64,000 bases of DNA from Cycas panzhihuaensis (taxonomy: Eukaryota; Plantae; Cycadophyta): positions 180,427,741 to 180,491,740 of the forward strand of contig CM041465.1 of the NCBI GenBank assembly GCA_023213395.1. Direction: 5' to 3'. The translations under genes and the position numbers were made by a program. Shown in pieces: positions 26,098 through 39,005 of the stretch. Every line of letters begins with the position of its first letter. Position 1 is the first letter of the stretch. The notes under the pieces are model-generated. The model did not search any database and was not told the origin of the DNA. It saw only the letters and a program-made list of their open reading frames with translations.

Positions 26098-29000
26098 TGT
26101 TCCCTGTAGTCAGGGAGCTTCATAGTAATTGCACCAATAGGTAAATTAGAGTATGTATTTCTCACTTTCTAACTTAGTTTAATTTACCTTAGATTAGTTA
26201 TTTTATAAGCATATGTTATTATTTTCTTGTTGATATATTAGACAAATGTGCCTGTTTTAGTTTATGATGATTTTGACTATGGTTGGTAGCTTCGTAGTTG
26301 TCCATTTGAGTTGAGTAAGTTAAAGAAAAGCCTCTTAGTACCTCTACAAGACACATCTCACCCTTCTTGTCCTTATCTTTATAGTATTACTCTATCTGGC
26401 TTCTTTGTTTAGACCTCTATTTCTTCAAAATCAATGTTTTTTTGTGCTTTTTTCATCCATTCTACCATGATTATTATTATCTCACTTTAATTCATGTTTT
26501 TGCATTTATAAAAATGTGATTTTTATGGTACCATGAAGTTCACCATAATACCACTTTGAAAATTTGTGGTACCACTTCAAACTTTACAGTATCAATTCTT
26601 TTACTTAATTTTTTTTTTTTTGCTTACAATTGATTGCATATTTATGGTACCTACCTTTGGGCCCATCCACTTATTTCATTAAAAATATAAGCCACCCATT
26701 GATTTTTATTTAATACCATGGATACATTAATACCTCTAACATTAATGCCCCACAAAACCATAGGTAATTATCCCATGGTATTCCCCTAATCTATGGGCCC
26801 AAAACCATGGGCCCTTTCCCTTCTAGTTTTCTATATATATGCCTTCTTTTCATTGAAAAAGGAGGTCAATTTCTAAGTTGTTATATTGCAAAATCTAGCT
26901 AGAATTCCCATTTGCATATAAACCTAATTATTGGATTCCTCACTTAGCTTGGAGATTGAAGGCTAACCAATTTTGGATCACTCTTGACTGAAGTTGATTA
27001 TCATTAACATCTCACCTTTGTTGAGAACTAGGGTAATCCCCTCTTAATGCTAGAATTTTCACCTTCTTATTAAGTGCTTTTCAAAATTTTCTAGCATTTA
27101 ATTACTATTATTTTATGCTTTTTATTAAGCTTAATTTTAGTTATTTTTCCCTTGAATGATTCACTCTTCCATGCATTAGTATCTTACAGAGAGAAATAAG
27201 GTTTACTATTGCTTACTAAGCTTAGAAAAAGGTGGTAGTGCTACTATTTCCCACGCTCTCTTTATGCTTCCTTACTATTTGTTTAAGCTTACATTTTAAT
27301 CTTTTTAAAATAGTCTTTTCATCAGAAATTTTCCTATATATTTGCATGTAAACTAACTTAAAATAAGTGGAGCAACACTTTACATATTTATCATAGGTTA
27401 GAGAAGTACTTAAAAATAGTCAGAGGAGTCCTCTTCTTCCCCCTCATCCTCTTTTCCTAACTAATAAGGTGCTTGTCGCATAGTTATTATGCTATCAAAA
27501 TTTTATCAGAAAGTATAAAAAAGGTTAGTATTCCAAGTTGGTTTTAAAGTGATCTTTAGCACATTTGATTTTCCAAATAAGTTTTTTTATTATCATAGGT
27601 CAATCCAACAAGTAGAAATGCTACTGAATTTTTCCTAGAAATCAATCATATTTATATGCTTAACTAATCCCATTTTGAGCCTATTGGCTTAGAGAGCTAA
27701 AAGTTACTTGGAAAAAGGGTTTGAATTGAATATTTAACACATTATTCTAGGTATTCTTCCAACCCTCCCTCCATAGATTCAATTTCAAAGAAAAATGCTT
27801 AAAAGTATATTTTTATTTCATAAGTTTATTTAAAAACAAAAAGGCAGGAAAGAGTAGCTTGTTTGTCACTTGTTCACCACTATTTGTCTCTTCCCTACCT
27901 CTCATGTGTGTATACTTTTGGTTTCAAAATGAGAAGGAATCTCTTTTATCTGCATTATATTGCATTGTATTTCTTATGCCTATTAGTTTAGTCATTTTGG
28001 TAAGTGCCTTTGAAGGCCATAACAGGGAAGAGGGTCATACCTATTACGAGTCCTTGAACTCATGGGGCCTATAAACTTGTTTGTTAGGTTAGATTTTCTT
28101 ATTTGACATTCAAATTTAAATTGCATATTAGTTATATTTAGCATGTGTTGATTTTTTCTTAAAATTTTAAGGTTTTGTTGTCCCTTTTTGTCCTAAAGAA
28201 GGAGGGGGGGATGGGCACTACTATAATTTCTTTACTTAGATTTCATCAACAAATAAGAGGTATAGTCTTATGCCTTTAGGTGCATCATGTTCTCTATATC
28301 TATATTCTTAATGAGCTAGTGAAGGATTTCTATCCTCACCATGTTCTTATGCATGGGGTATGGATAACCGAGTGAACTTCATTCATCTCATTGAGAGTAA
28401 TATCTTCTTCCATTTCACTACTTCAGAGCTTGAGGTTTGTTGGAATTAGATGTAGGCAATGCCAAGCCATCTTATAATCCTATGGGTTGGGTTGCCAATA
28501 TTGATAAGTCCCCATCAACTTATTTAGAAACAAATCTATCTTATGGTCTTGATTTCTTTAGACCTCTTACTTTGGGCAATCCTTTCACCCATTCTCATTT
28601 ATCGAGTTTGTTATTTTAGAGTCATGTAAAAGTCTAAGTTAAGTTAGGCTAGTCAACTTGGGTGGGTTTAGTTAATTAGGATAGGCACATAGTTGAGTAG
28701 GAGTTTGGATCCTTTTTATTTGATTGAACCCCCTCACATCGTTAGGGCTTTTTGTATGCTATTTGGTCCTTTTAAATATGTTGATTATTTATTTGATTAA
28801 TATTATATTAAGCTTTGTAGTTAGTTTGTAATTCAATTTTTTGGTTGGTACACTATTGTCTCATTTGCCTGTTTGCATTATACATTTTAATTATTAGTTA
28901 GTTTCGGTTTTCCTTTTAATTTCTCTTTTATTTTTCTCTTTCTTTGGCACATCACATACATCTACATATTACTTTTAGTCAACCTAATAGTCATATAATC

Positions 29001-29149
29001 TATTGTCCCTATACCTAGGTACAAGAGATGTATGAGCACTCCATGGAGGGTATATGCTTATGCCTCTCTCTATTTAGATCCCTCCTTGCCCTTCAGGTCG
29101 ATCTTAGGTTTGTGTTTATATGTCTTATCCTCTCTCTTATCCACTTTCA
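26098..29149 (+). repeat. 3' LTR of element C (3052 bp)
   Basis: tgttccc...actttca termini. Continuous similarity to 5231-7336 and 14656-15200. Confidence 0.88.
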
Positions 29150-29154
29150 TCCTA

Positions 29155-32100
29155 AAAAGTAAGCATATTTAGTTATTCTATTTATGACCAAAAAAACATT
29201 CTCTTCTTGTAATTTTATGAGCCTGATTATAAAATCGATTACTATTTATTTCCACTTCTCATTTGGTACATGCAAGAGTTGTAGAAGGATAAGAGTGACT
29301 GCATTCTCTTTTTTATAAGGTTAATATAAATCACATCCTACTACAAATTGTTAGATGTCTTGCTTTAGTCCTTTCTAGTAGAAGGATCAACATACCATAA
29401 GATAGGTTTTAAAGAATCCATCTATGGCTTATTATGGGTACTAAATAACAATCTTTCAAAATTAATTTTTTGTGCTTAGATATTAGAGTTAGGTAAATGT
29501 GTCCTTTGGACTAGAGGATATCACTCTTCTATTCATATTTATCTCTTATATACAATGTTTCTTCCTGTAGCTTCACTATGATCTCTTAAGTTTCCTTAGA
29601 TTTTGTATACTTAACTTGGATATCATTGATCTAGGTTGGAATAATAATAGTAGCAGAATATAAAATGGATTCTTCATCTCTTCTAGATTGTGCATTAGCC
29701 ACCTTGTTTTCCTTCCCTTTCTTATAAAAGATCTCAAAGTTAAATGCCTAAATATTAGTAACCCACTTTTTTATTCAAGGGCTAATATTTTTTAGTGTAG
29801 GATGTATTTTAGATTATCATGATCTATTTGTACTAGAAACTTACTTTCTAATAGGTATTGCTTCTATTTTATTAATTTATACATTGTTGCTAGCATTTCC
29901 TTATTATAAGTGGATTTTAATATTTTCTTCTTTCGAATGCAATTGGGTAATTTTCCTACATGAGGATGGTCCCTATTCCATTTTTAGATGCATTGTATTC
30001 TAAAGTGAAGGGTTTCAAGAAATTGGGTATGGTTAGTACTAGTGTAATCATCATGCATTATTTTAAGTTTTGGAAGCTTTGTTATGCCTCATTATTCCAT
30101 AGGAATGGTTCCCTTTTTAATAGGTTAGTTAAGGGGGTCATGATATGGGTATAAATTTTAATAAATGTTCTATAGTAACCTATTAATTCTAAGAATCCTT
30201 ATAATTTGCATATACATTTTGGGGTTGACTAGTCTAGAATAGCTTTGATTTTTCTTGGATCCATTTTTACTCCTTTAGATGATATAATATATCCTGAGGA
30301 TTCTATCTCTTATTTCCCAAATATACATTATGATTTCTTAGCATAGAACTGATTTTTTCTTAAAGTCTTCAAAACCTTCTCGACATGTAATAGGTGCTCA
30401 TCCTAAGTATGACTATATACTAAAATATCATCAAAGAAGATGAATACAAATTTTCTTAACCATGGTTGAAAGGTTTTGTTCATGACTTCTTGAAATGTTG
30501 TTGGGGTATTTATCAAGCTAAAGGGCATGGCATTGAATTTATAATGACCCATATGAGTATAAAATATTATTTTGGGAATATCTTTAATACAAATAAATAT
30601 TTGATAATATTTAGATCATAAATCTAGTGAAATATTTAGCTCCATGAAGTTCATCTAAGAGTTTATTAAATCTTTTTTTTTGGTAAGATAAAATGAATTA
30701 AAGTGGGTTTGAAAACAGGCTCCCACAACCTAGTACATCAACAATAGTAGACTGCATAATCAGTATTATCCGTGACAACCCCACGGAATAGGAAAAAGAA
30801 ACTAGAGTGCCGGGACAAGCCCCACGGCTAGCTGTTGCAGATCAAATCCTTGTCAACCAGAGTCAGAAGATCCCTAGGAAAATCATCTCTCCATACTTGA
30901 CTAGTCTTGTTCCTCACCCCCCAATTAGCCAAGAAGTCTGCAGCTTTGTTGCCTTCTCTCAGAGTGTGTCCGACATGCATATCCGCAAACCTTTGATAAT
31001 CTCTTGCGTATCTTTGATTATGTCTTGATATCTCCAATCTGGAAGAGCCTCACCTTTTAACGAATTTAAAACCACTTTAGAGTCCCCCTCAAGCACCAAC
31101 CTCTGGATAACCCCTATACGGGCTAAGTCGAGGGCTTTTAGCATGGCATGCATTTCTGCATAGTTGTTCATTTGACTCTCATAGTAGTCTGTAAAGGCCC
31201 AGATGAGGGAGCCCTTGCAATCCCTACAGATTCCCCAACCCCCAGCTTCACCAAGGTTCCCTTTCGCTGCCCCATCAAAATTTATTTTGAGCCAGGGCTC
31301 CTCTGGAGGGATCCATCTAATGCTTCTGGGCTTGGGGACCACGAATTCAGGTACTATGCCCCATTTGAGCAAGATCCTACTCTCTGACGGGGATATGTGC
31401 TTTTCTTTGGCCTTACCAACGTTTTCCTTAATGTCCGAGCAAATTCTACTGTAGATAGCCATATGGTCCTTATTTTTTCCCTAGAAGATCCTGCTGTTCC
31501 TTTCTTTCTAGATATTCCAAGCCAAAATCAGGAGCATATTCTTCCAGATACGGCTGAGAATGTTACTTTTGAATAGGCTTTGCCAGGTGAGCCAGAGGTC
31601 AGCTGGTTTGTGCGAAAATGTCCAGCACACTTCCAGCTTCCCGAGCAACAGCCTCCAGACTTCCCTTGCGAAGGGGCACTCTAGGATGATATGATCAATG
31701 GATTCCTCTCCTTTACAGTATAAAATGCATCTGTTGGCCATTAGAAAACCTCTCTTTTATAGGTTGTCTATAGTGAGAATTTTGTTCTTAAGACAGGTCC
31801 ACCAGAAGAGAGTTATTTTCAGAATAAGGGGGAGCCTCCAAACACCTTCCAACAGCGGGTCTTTTTTGTCCCCTCTTTTCAACCATAAGTACTGGTAACC
31901 CTGTTGCACTGTGTACTCTCCAGATGAGCTCGAGGGCCACACCATTGAGTCCTGCGAAGGGGTTCTAGAGATATAGCTCTTCCCTAGGATCCTTCTGATC
32001 TTATTAATACCCTCCTGCATGCTACCTATCCCATGGATATCCTCAAAATTCCTCCAGGACCTGCTCCCCTCTCTCCCCGACCAATAATCTTTAATCATTT

Positions 32101-35100
32101 TGCCATATTGCCTAACGCAGGGACCCATTAAAGGTATTAGGTTAGGAAACTCCTTCAAATGCTTCTCACAGCACCACGCGTCCTCCCAAAATCTGATGGA
32201 ATTATCATCTCCTAGTCTCCATTTTAAGCCATCTCTGATAGCTCCCCAAGCTTTAATGATACTCCTCCAGATGGTAGAGCCAACCAAGGATAAGCTGCTA
32301 TCCAAAAGGGAGCCCCCCTGTATGTATTTTCTAGAAAGGATCCTCTCCCAAAGTCTATCCCCCCCTTTGAGTAGTCTCCACCCAAGCTTTGCCCCCAGGG
32401 TGATATTAAAGAGAGGGGGCCTTCGTAGATTGAGGCCACTAGCCCATTTTGGGGAACAAACTTTGCTCCAACTTACCAAATGAATCCTGTATTTTGTTTC
32501 AGTCCTAGACCAAAAACATCTTTTCTGAATTGATTCGATGATGTCCGAGATACCAGGCGGAACCCTAAAGATGGACATCTAAAACACTGGAATGCTTTGA
32601 AGGGTAGAAGCTACTAGCTGGAGTTTTCCAGCTAGACTCAGGAGGGCACCTTTCTAACCTGCTAACTTTCTTTGCCTCCTATCTATAAGAGGGTTCCACA
32701 TATCTTTGGGCATCTTGCCAACAAAAAGGGGCAAACCTAGGTAGATTGTAGGGAGCTTTTTGATATCCATCCCAAGGATTCTGCTTATCCTACCTTGGGT
32801 GTGTCCTGGAGTGTTTAAGAAAAAGACATTACTCTTCCTGAGGCTTATCTTCTGGTTCGTGGCCTTCTAAAAAAGCCCCAGATCTCTTTAAATCTAGAGG
32901 CCTCCCTTACAGACGCTTTCCCAAGAAAGATGTTGTCATCTACAAATTGGTGGTGTACCACATTATCCACCCCCGATGTCAGTTTGATGCCATTTAAGAA
33001 CCCACGCCTCCTAGCAGACTCTAGGGTTCTGCCCAGCAGATCAGCCATCGTGATGAATAGAAAGGGAGAAAGGGGATCTCCTTGTCTCAGCCCCCTATGT
33101 CCGGGAAAAAACCTGGAGGATGAACCATTAATAATGACAGAAAATTGGGGATTGCCAATACACAACTTGATCTAGGACCACCATGGTTCCCCAAAGCTGA
33201 AAGCCTCTAGGCAATTCAACAGGCATTCCCAGGATACTCTATCAAAGGCCTTCGTGAGATCGATCTTGATGAGCATTGCAGGCTCCTTCCTTTCAGCAGC
33301 TGAATGGATTGTTTCATGTACAACAATATATCCATCGTAAATCTGCCTACCACGAAGGAACCCGTCCTGGTTGTGGGAGATAATATTTGGCATAATTCTC
33401 TTTAGCCTATTAACCAGGACTTTAGTTAAAATCTTGTGTTTAACATTGCAAAGACTGATTAGGCAAAACTCCTCCATCCTATTCGCTCCTTCTTTTTTAG
33501 GGATGAGGACAAGGAATGTAGTCTGCCATTCCTGGAGCATCTTATTGTTTGCATAGAACTCCTGCAAAGCTTCCATTAAATCTCCTTTAATAATATCCCA
33601 ATACTCCTGGAAGAAGCCCGAAGGAAAGCCATCAGGGCCAGGAGCTTTATCCTTTTTCATACCAAAGAGGGCCGTCCTGACCTCCTCCAATGTGAACGGC
33701 GCAGTCAGCTACATGTTTTGAGCTTCATTCACTAACCTGGGTATATTGTTTAGAAAGTCTCTTCTACTATCCATATCCCCATCTTAGGGTTCAGTGAATA
33801 GATCCTTGAAGTAATCACTGGCTAACTCCTTCATTTCTTCAGTCGAGCTAACCACAGAACCATCTTCCTTTTGAAGACTAGAAATTCTATTACTGGCTCT
33901 ATGTTTAACTGCAGTCATGTAAAAAAATTTTGTATTCCTATCACCTTCTGCCAACCAAAGAGCCCTGGATTTCTGTCTCTAGTGGATTTCTTCTCTGATG
34001 AGGGTCTCATCTAGTTTCTCCACCAATTACTTTTCGGTCTTATTTAGCTCGGGGGATCTACCCGTGCATTCAATCCTATCCTCGATGTCTTTTAGATCAC
34101 TGATAGTTTTATCCTTATGCAGATGGATATTTTGGAATACCTCCTTGTTCCAAGCCTTTACTTATTTTTTAATCCATTCCAACTTCTTCAAAAATCTAAA
34201 CATTGCATGGCCCTTGATTTGGATTCTCCACCATTCCTCGACCCTGTTCCTGAGGTCTGGGTGATGAAGCCACATTAGTTCAAACCTGAAGGGGGAACCT
34301 ATGAATTTATTCGGGTCCGAAAATTGAAGCAAGAGCGGAGAATAGTCAGAGCTAATCCTTGGTAATGCCTCAAGGGTGAAGTCATTGAATCTCCTCATCC
34401 AGTCATAATTGACCAACACCCTGTCCAGTTTAATTTGAATTAGGTCATTCCCCAAATGTTTGTTTGACCATGTATACGAGGCCCCTCTAAAGAGTTTATT
34501 AAATCTTGAAAAAAGAATATATTAATAGTTATTTTGTTCAGCATATAAAAATCTATACATATACAAAGAGAATAATATATATTTTTTTTTTTGCTAAGAT
34601 TATGGGTTTTGCATATGGGCTTTTACTAGGTAATATGGTTCTAATTTTTAATAGATCATAAATAAATTTTTTTATTTCATCTTTGTGAAAATAGAGATGT
34701 TAGTATGGGTTAATATTGATTGGTTTTGACCTTTCTTGGAGTTTAATCACACATTTCATACCTCAATCAAGAGGTAGTCCCATTAGAAGATCCTTAAACA
34801 CCTCTAAGTGTTTTTGTATAATTTCTTATATATTACTCAATGAATTGTCCTCAACTTCTACTTCAAGAGAGAAACATCTAATAACAAAGTCTAGCCATCC
34901 CATTTTTAACATTTTCTCCATTTTATAAGATGTCATGAATTAAGTTTTGATCAAAATGAATCCTTGTGATGTGTAGATTTTACCCTTAGATATAAATTTT
35001 ATGAATAGCTTATCTAGGTTTAATGCAATTGCCCTAATGTTCATAGCCATTAGGCACCTAATATAATATTTACACCACCTATAAGAATTACATACATTTG

Positions 35101-35510
35101 TGACTTAAGATAATATTCTCCCATTGTTATCTCTACATTTTAACACATTCCTCCATATTTAATAAATCCTCTATATATAATAATTACTTAAAACTAATTT
35201 ATGGGATAGATATATTCTTTAACTCTTTCTATACATTACTTATAAATAAAGTTATATGTACTACTAGAGTCAATAAGTACTATTGCACTTTCCTTCTTTA
35301 TATAGCCCATAATTTTAAGAGTTTAAGGGGTTATAATTCTTATGATTATTGCCAAGGATATTCTAAGTAGGTTCTTAATGACCTCATATTCTAATTCAAC
35401 TTCATTTAGGCCTTCTTCTATTTCTATCTCATTAAATTCCACTTCCTTATTTGGATAAGGGTCCATTCCTTGTTTATCAACTAGAGCTAAGTGTTGGATT
35501 GACACCTTAA
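29155..35510 (-). pseudogene. pol: Element A pol (protease, RT, RNase H, integrase start), interrupted by the L1 at 30673-34489
   Basis: Minus strand carries ELLDELHGAKYF, THMGHYKF..MPF, FVFIFFDDILVYS and VINRITKYAYFLG. Confidence 0.9.
30673..34489 (-). mobile_element. 5'-truncated L1-clade LINE (ORF2: endonuclease end, RT, zf-RVT, RNase H)
   Basis: Poly(A) tail seen as T9 at 30673-30681. Identical 16-18 bp TSD aagagtttattaaatc(tt) at 30657 and 34490. Motifs KLDRVLVN..SDYSPLL, KAPGPDGF, GLRQGDPLSPFLF, HQFVDD, CILYCKGEESIDHIILECPF, INFDGAAKGN, EGDSKVV, HTLREGNKAADFLA. Markedly higher GC than its surroundings. Confidence 0.97.
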
Positions 35511-37254
35511 TGATATATGAAGAATGATTGATGATTATTATTGAGAGTATAAGAGTATATATACAATTATGGTTTGTAACCCTCTTTAAACTACCTTGTA
35601 ACTGGCACATTATATAATGACACATGTCCTTCGATTATAACCATAGAATTTTCTTTAGAGAGTCTAGATAAAACATTATATTCTAACACCCTCTCTTAAT
35701 GTTTTATCCTTTTAACCCTATTTTATCTTTAAGAAATTTGAATTTATCTTTTCTTAGAGGCTTTGTCAATATATCAGCCACTTGATTACCTATTGGATAG
35801 TAAACAAGATCTATCTCCTTTGTTTATACTTTTTCCTAAATAAAACAATAGTGTACTTCAATGTGCTTGGTCTTGCCATAAAGTACTTGATTTTTGGTGA
35901 GTTTGATAGCACTTTGATTATCATAATAGAGTGTAGTAGCCCCTTTTTTAGGTTCCTTCAAGTCATTTAGGAGTTGTCTTAGATATATTACTTCAACAGT
36001 TACACTGACTATTGATTTATATTCTACCTTTGTAGATGATAGTGCTACAATTACTTATTTTTTACTGCTATAAGAAATTGGGGTTGAGCTTAGAAGGAAA
36101 TAATGCCCACTAGTTGATTTCCTTTATTCCTTATCACCTACCCAATTTGAATCATAGAAACCTATCAGCTGATGAGATTTTCCCTTTAAAAGCATTAATT
36201 TTAGTTCTGATGTTCCTTTTAGATATCTCAAAATCTTCTTTGTAGCATTTGAGTGTTTTGTTCTAGGCTCATATATGTATCTTGATATCATACCTACTGC
36301 ATATGAAATATTAGGTCTAGTAGCTATGAGGTAGATGAGACTACCTACAAGTTGTATGTACAGAGTGGTATCTACACAGGATTCTTTTTTATCTAGGGTC
36401 AAGTTATAATTTACTTCTATAGGAATGGAGTAAGGATTCTATTTATCCATGTGGAACTTAATTAGTAAATCTTTAATATATTTACTTTGGCATGAGGTGA
36501 TTGAGTTGCTATGTTAATCAACTTAGATGCCCAAATAGTAATTTAGAATCCTAGATCAGTCATCCCAAACTTATTCTCCAATTAACTCTTTATATCAAAT
36601 ATTGATTCCTCATCATCACTAGTAAGGATCATATCATTAACATATACTCCTATTATGATGATTTCACCATTTCTATTTTTTACATATAGACTTGAGTTTG
36701 TGCTGCTCTTGTGAAAACTATTCTTGCAAAAATGTTTATTTAATTTTACATACTAGGCATGAGGGGTTTATTTTAGAGTATATAGTGCCTTTTTAAATTT
36801 GCAGATAAAGTGCTCTTATCCCTTCTTGATGTAACCCTCAAGTTTTAACATGTAGATTTCTTCTTCTATTTCACCATTCAAAAAGGTACTTTTGATATCT
36901 AGTTGCTATATCTTCTAATTCTTTTGTGCTGCTAGAGTTATTATTATTCTCACTATATTTAGTTTAGCCACATATGAGAAAGTTTCATTATAATCCGCTC
37001 CTATTGTTTATGTGTAGCCTTTTCCAACTGGCCTTGCTTTATATTTTTCTATCTTCCCATTAGCTTCTTCTTTAATTTTGTAGATCTATTTATAGTTTAC
37101 AATAGGCTTATTGGATGGCAGTTTAACTAGTTCCTAGGTCTGGTTCTTGATTATGGAGTCTACTTCAACATCCATGGCTTTCCTCTATTTTATGTGTTCC
37201 TTTGCTTTAATATACGATTATGGATCTATTTGATTGACCAAGGCTCTATGTTTC
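35511..37254 (-). mobile_element. Ty1/copia element 3 remnant (RT, RNase H, 178-bp 3' LTR 35511-35688) inserted in A; left-arm copy
   Basis: YIQLVGSLIYLIATRPNISYAVGMISRY..KKILRYLKGT. PPT adjacent to a tgttaga..tatca LTR. Confidence 0.92.
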
Positions 37255-37261
37255 CTTATTA

Positions 37262-39005
37262 GAAACATAGAGTCTTGAGCAATCAAATGGAGCCATAATC
37301 GTACATTAAAGCAAAGGAGCATATAAAATAGAGGAAAGCCATGGATCTTGAACTAGACTCCATAATTAAGAACCTGACCTAGGAACTAGTTAAACTGCCA
37401 TCCAATAAGCCTATTGTAAACTATAAATAGATCTACAAAATTAAAGAAGGAGCCAATGGGAAGATAGAAAAATATAAATCAAGGCCAGTTGCAAAAGGCT
37501 ACACATAAATAGTAGGAGTGGATATTAAAGAAACTTTCTCATCTGTGGATAAACTAAATACAGTGGGAATAATAATAACTCTAGCAGCACAAAATAATTA
37601 GAAGATATAGCAACTAGATATCAAAAGTACCTTTTTGAATGTTGAAATAGAAGAATAAATCTACATGTTACAACTTGAGAGTTACATCAAGCAAGGATAA
37701 GAGCACTTTATCTGTAAATTAAAAAAGGCACTATATACTCTGAAATAAACCCCTCATGCCTAGTATGCAAAATTAGATAATAATCTTTGCAAGAATATTT
37801 TTCACAAGAGCAGCACAGACTCAAGACTATATGTAAAAAATAGAAATGGTGCAATCATCATAATAGTGGTATATATTAATAATATGATCTTCACTGGTGA
37901 TGATGAGGAATCAATATTTGATATAAAGAGTTAATTAGAGAACAAGTTTGAGATGACTGATCTAGGATTCTAAATTACTATTTGGGCATCTAAGTTGATT
38001 AACAAAGTAACTCAATCACCTTATGCTAAAGTAAATATATTAACGATTTGCTAGTTAAGTTCTATATGGATAAATAGAATCCTTGCTTTGTTCCTATAGA
38101 AGTAAATTATAACTTGACCCTAGATAAAAAAGAACCCTGTGTAGATGCCACTCTGTATAAACAACTTGTAGGCAGTCTCATCTATGTCACAGCTACCAGA
38201 CCTAATATTTCATATGCAGTAGGTATGATATCAAGATACATACATGAGCCTAGAAAAAAACACTCAAATACTGTAAAGAAGATTTTGAGATATCTAAAAG
38301 GAACATCAGAACTAAAATTAATGTTTTTAAAGGGAAAATCTCATAAGCTGATAGGTTTCTATGATTCAGACTAGGCAGGTGATAAGGAATAAAGGAAATC
38401 AACTAGTGGGCATTGTTTCTTTCTAGGCTCAACCCCAATTTCCTAAAGTAGTAAAAAATAAGCAACTGTAACACTATTATCAACATAGGCAAAATATAAA
38501 TTAGTAGTCAGTGCAACTGTTGAAGCAATATGTCTAAGATAACTCTTGAATGACTTGAAGGAACCTTAAAAAGGGGCTACTACACTCTATTATGATAATC
38601 AAAGTGCTATCAATCTCACAAAAAATCTAGTACTTTATGCCAAGACCAAGCACATCGAAGTACACTATCATTTTATTTGGGAAAAAATATAAACAAAGGA
38701 GATAGATCTTGTTTACTATCCAATAGGCAATCAAGTGGCTGATATATTGACAAAGCCTCTAAGAAAAGACAAATTCAAATTTCTTAGAGATAAAATAGGG
38801 TTAAAAGGATAAAACATTAAGAGGGGGTGTTAGAATATAATGTTTTATCTAGACTCTCTAGAGAAAGTTTTATGGTTGTAATCGAAGGACACGTGTCATT
38901 ATATAATGTGCTAATTACAAGGTAGTTTAAAAAGGGTTACAAACCATAATTGTATATATACTCTTATACTCTCAATAATAATCATCAATCATTCTTCATC
39001 TATCA
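37262..39005 (+). mobile_element. Mirror copy of copia 3 remnant (RT, RNase H, PPT, LTR 38828-39005)
   Basis: YKQLVGSLIYVTATRPNISYAVG; YDNQSAI..AKTKHIEVHYHF..QVADILTKPL; PPT aagaggggg before 38828. Confidence 0.92.

Noticed and set aside
30807-34264. Plus-strand ORFs overlapping the L1
   Set aside because: Antisense shadows of GC-rich L1 ORF2 with no recognisable motifs.
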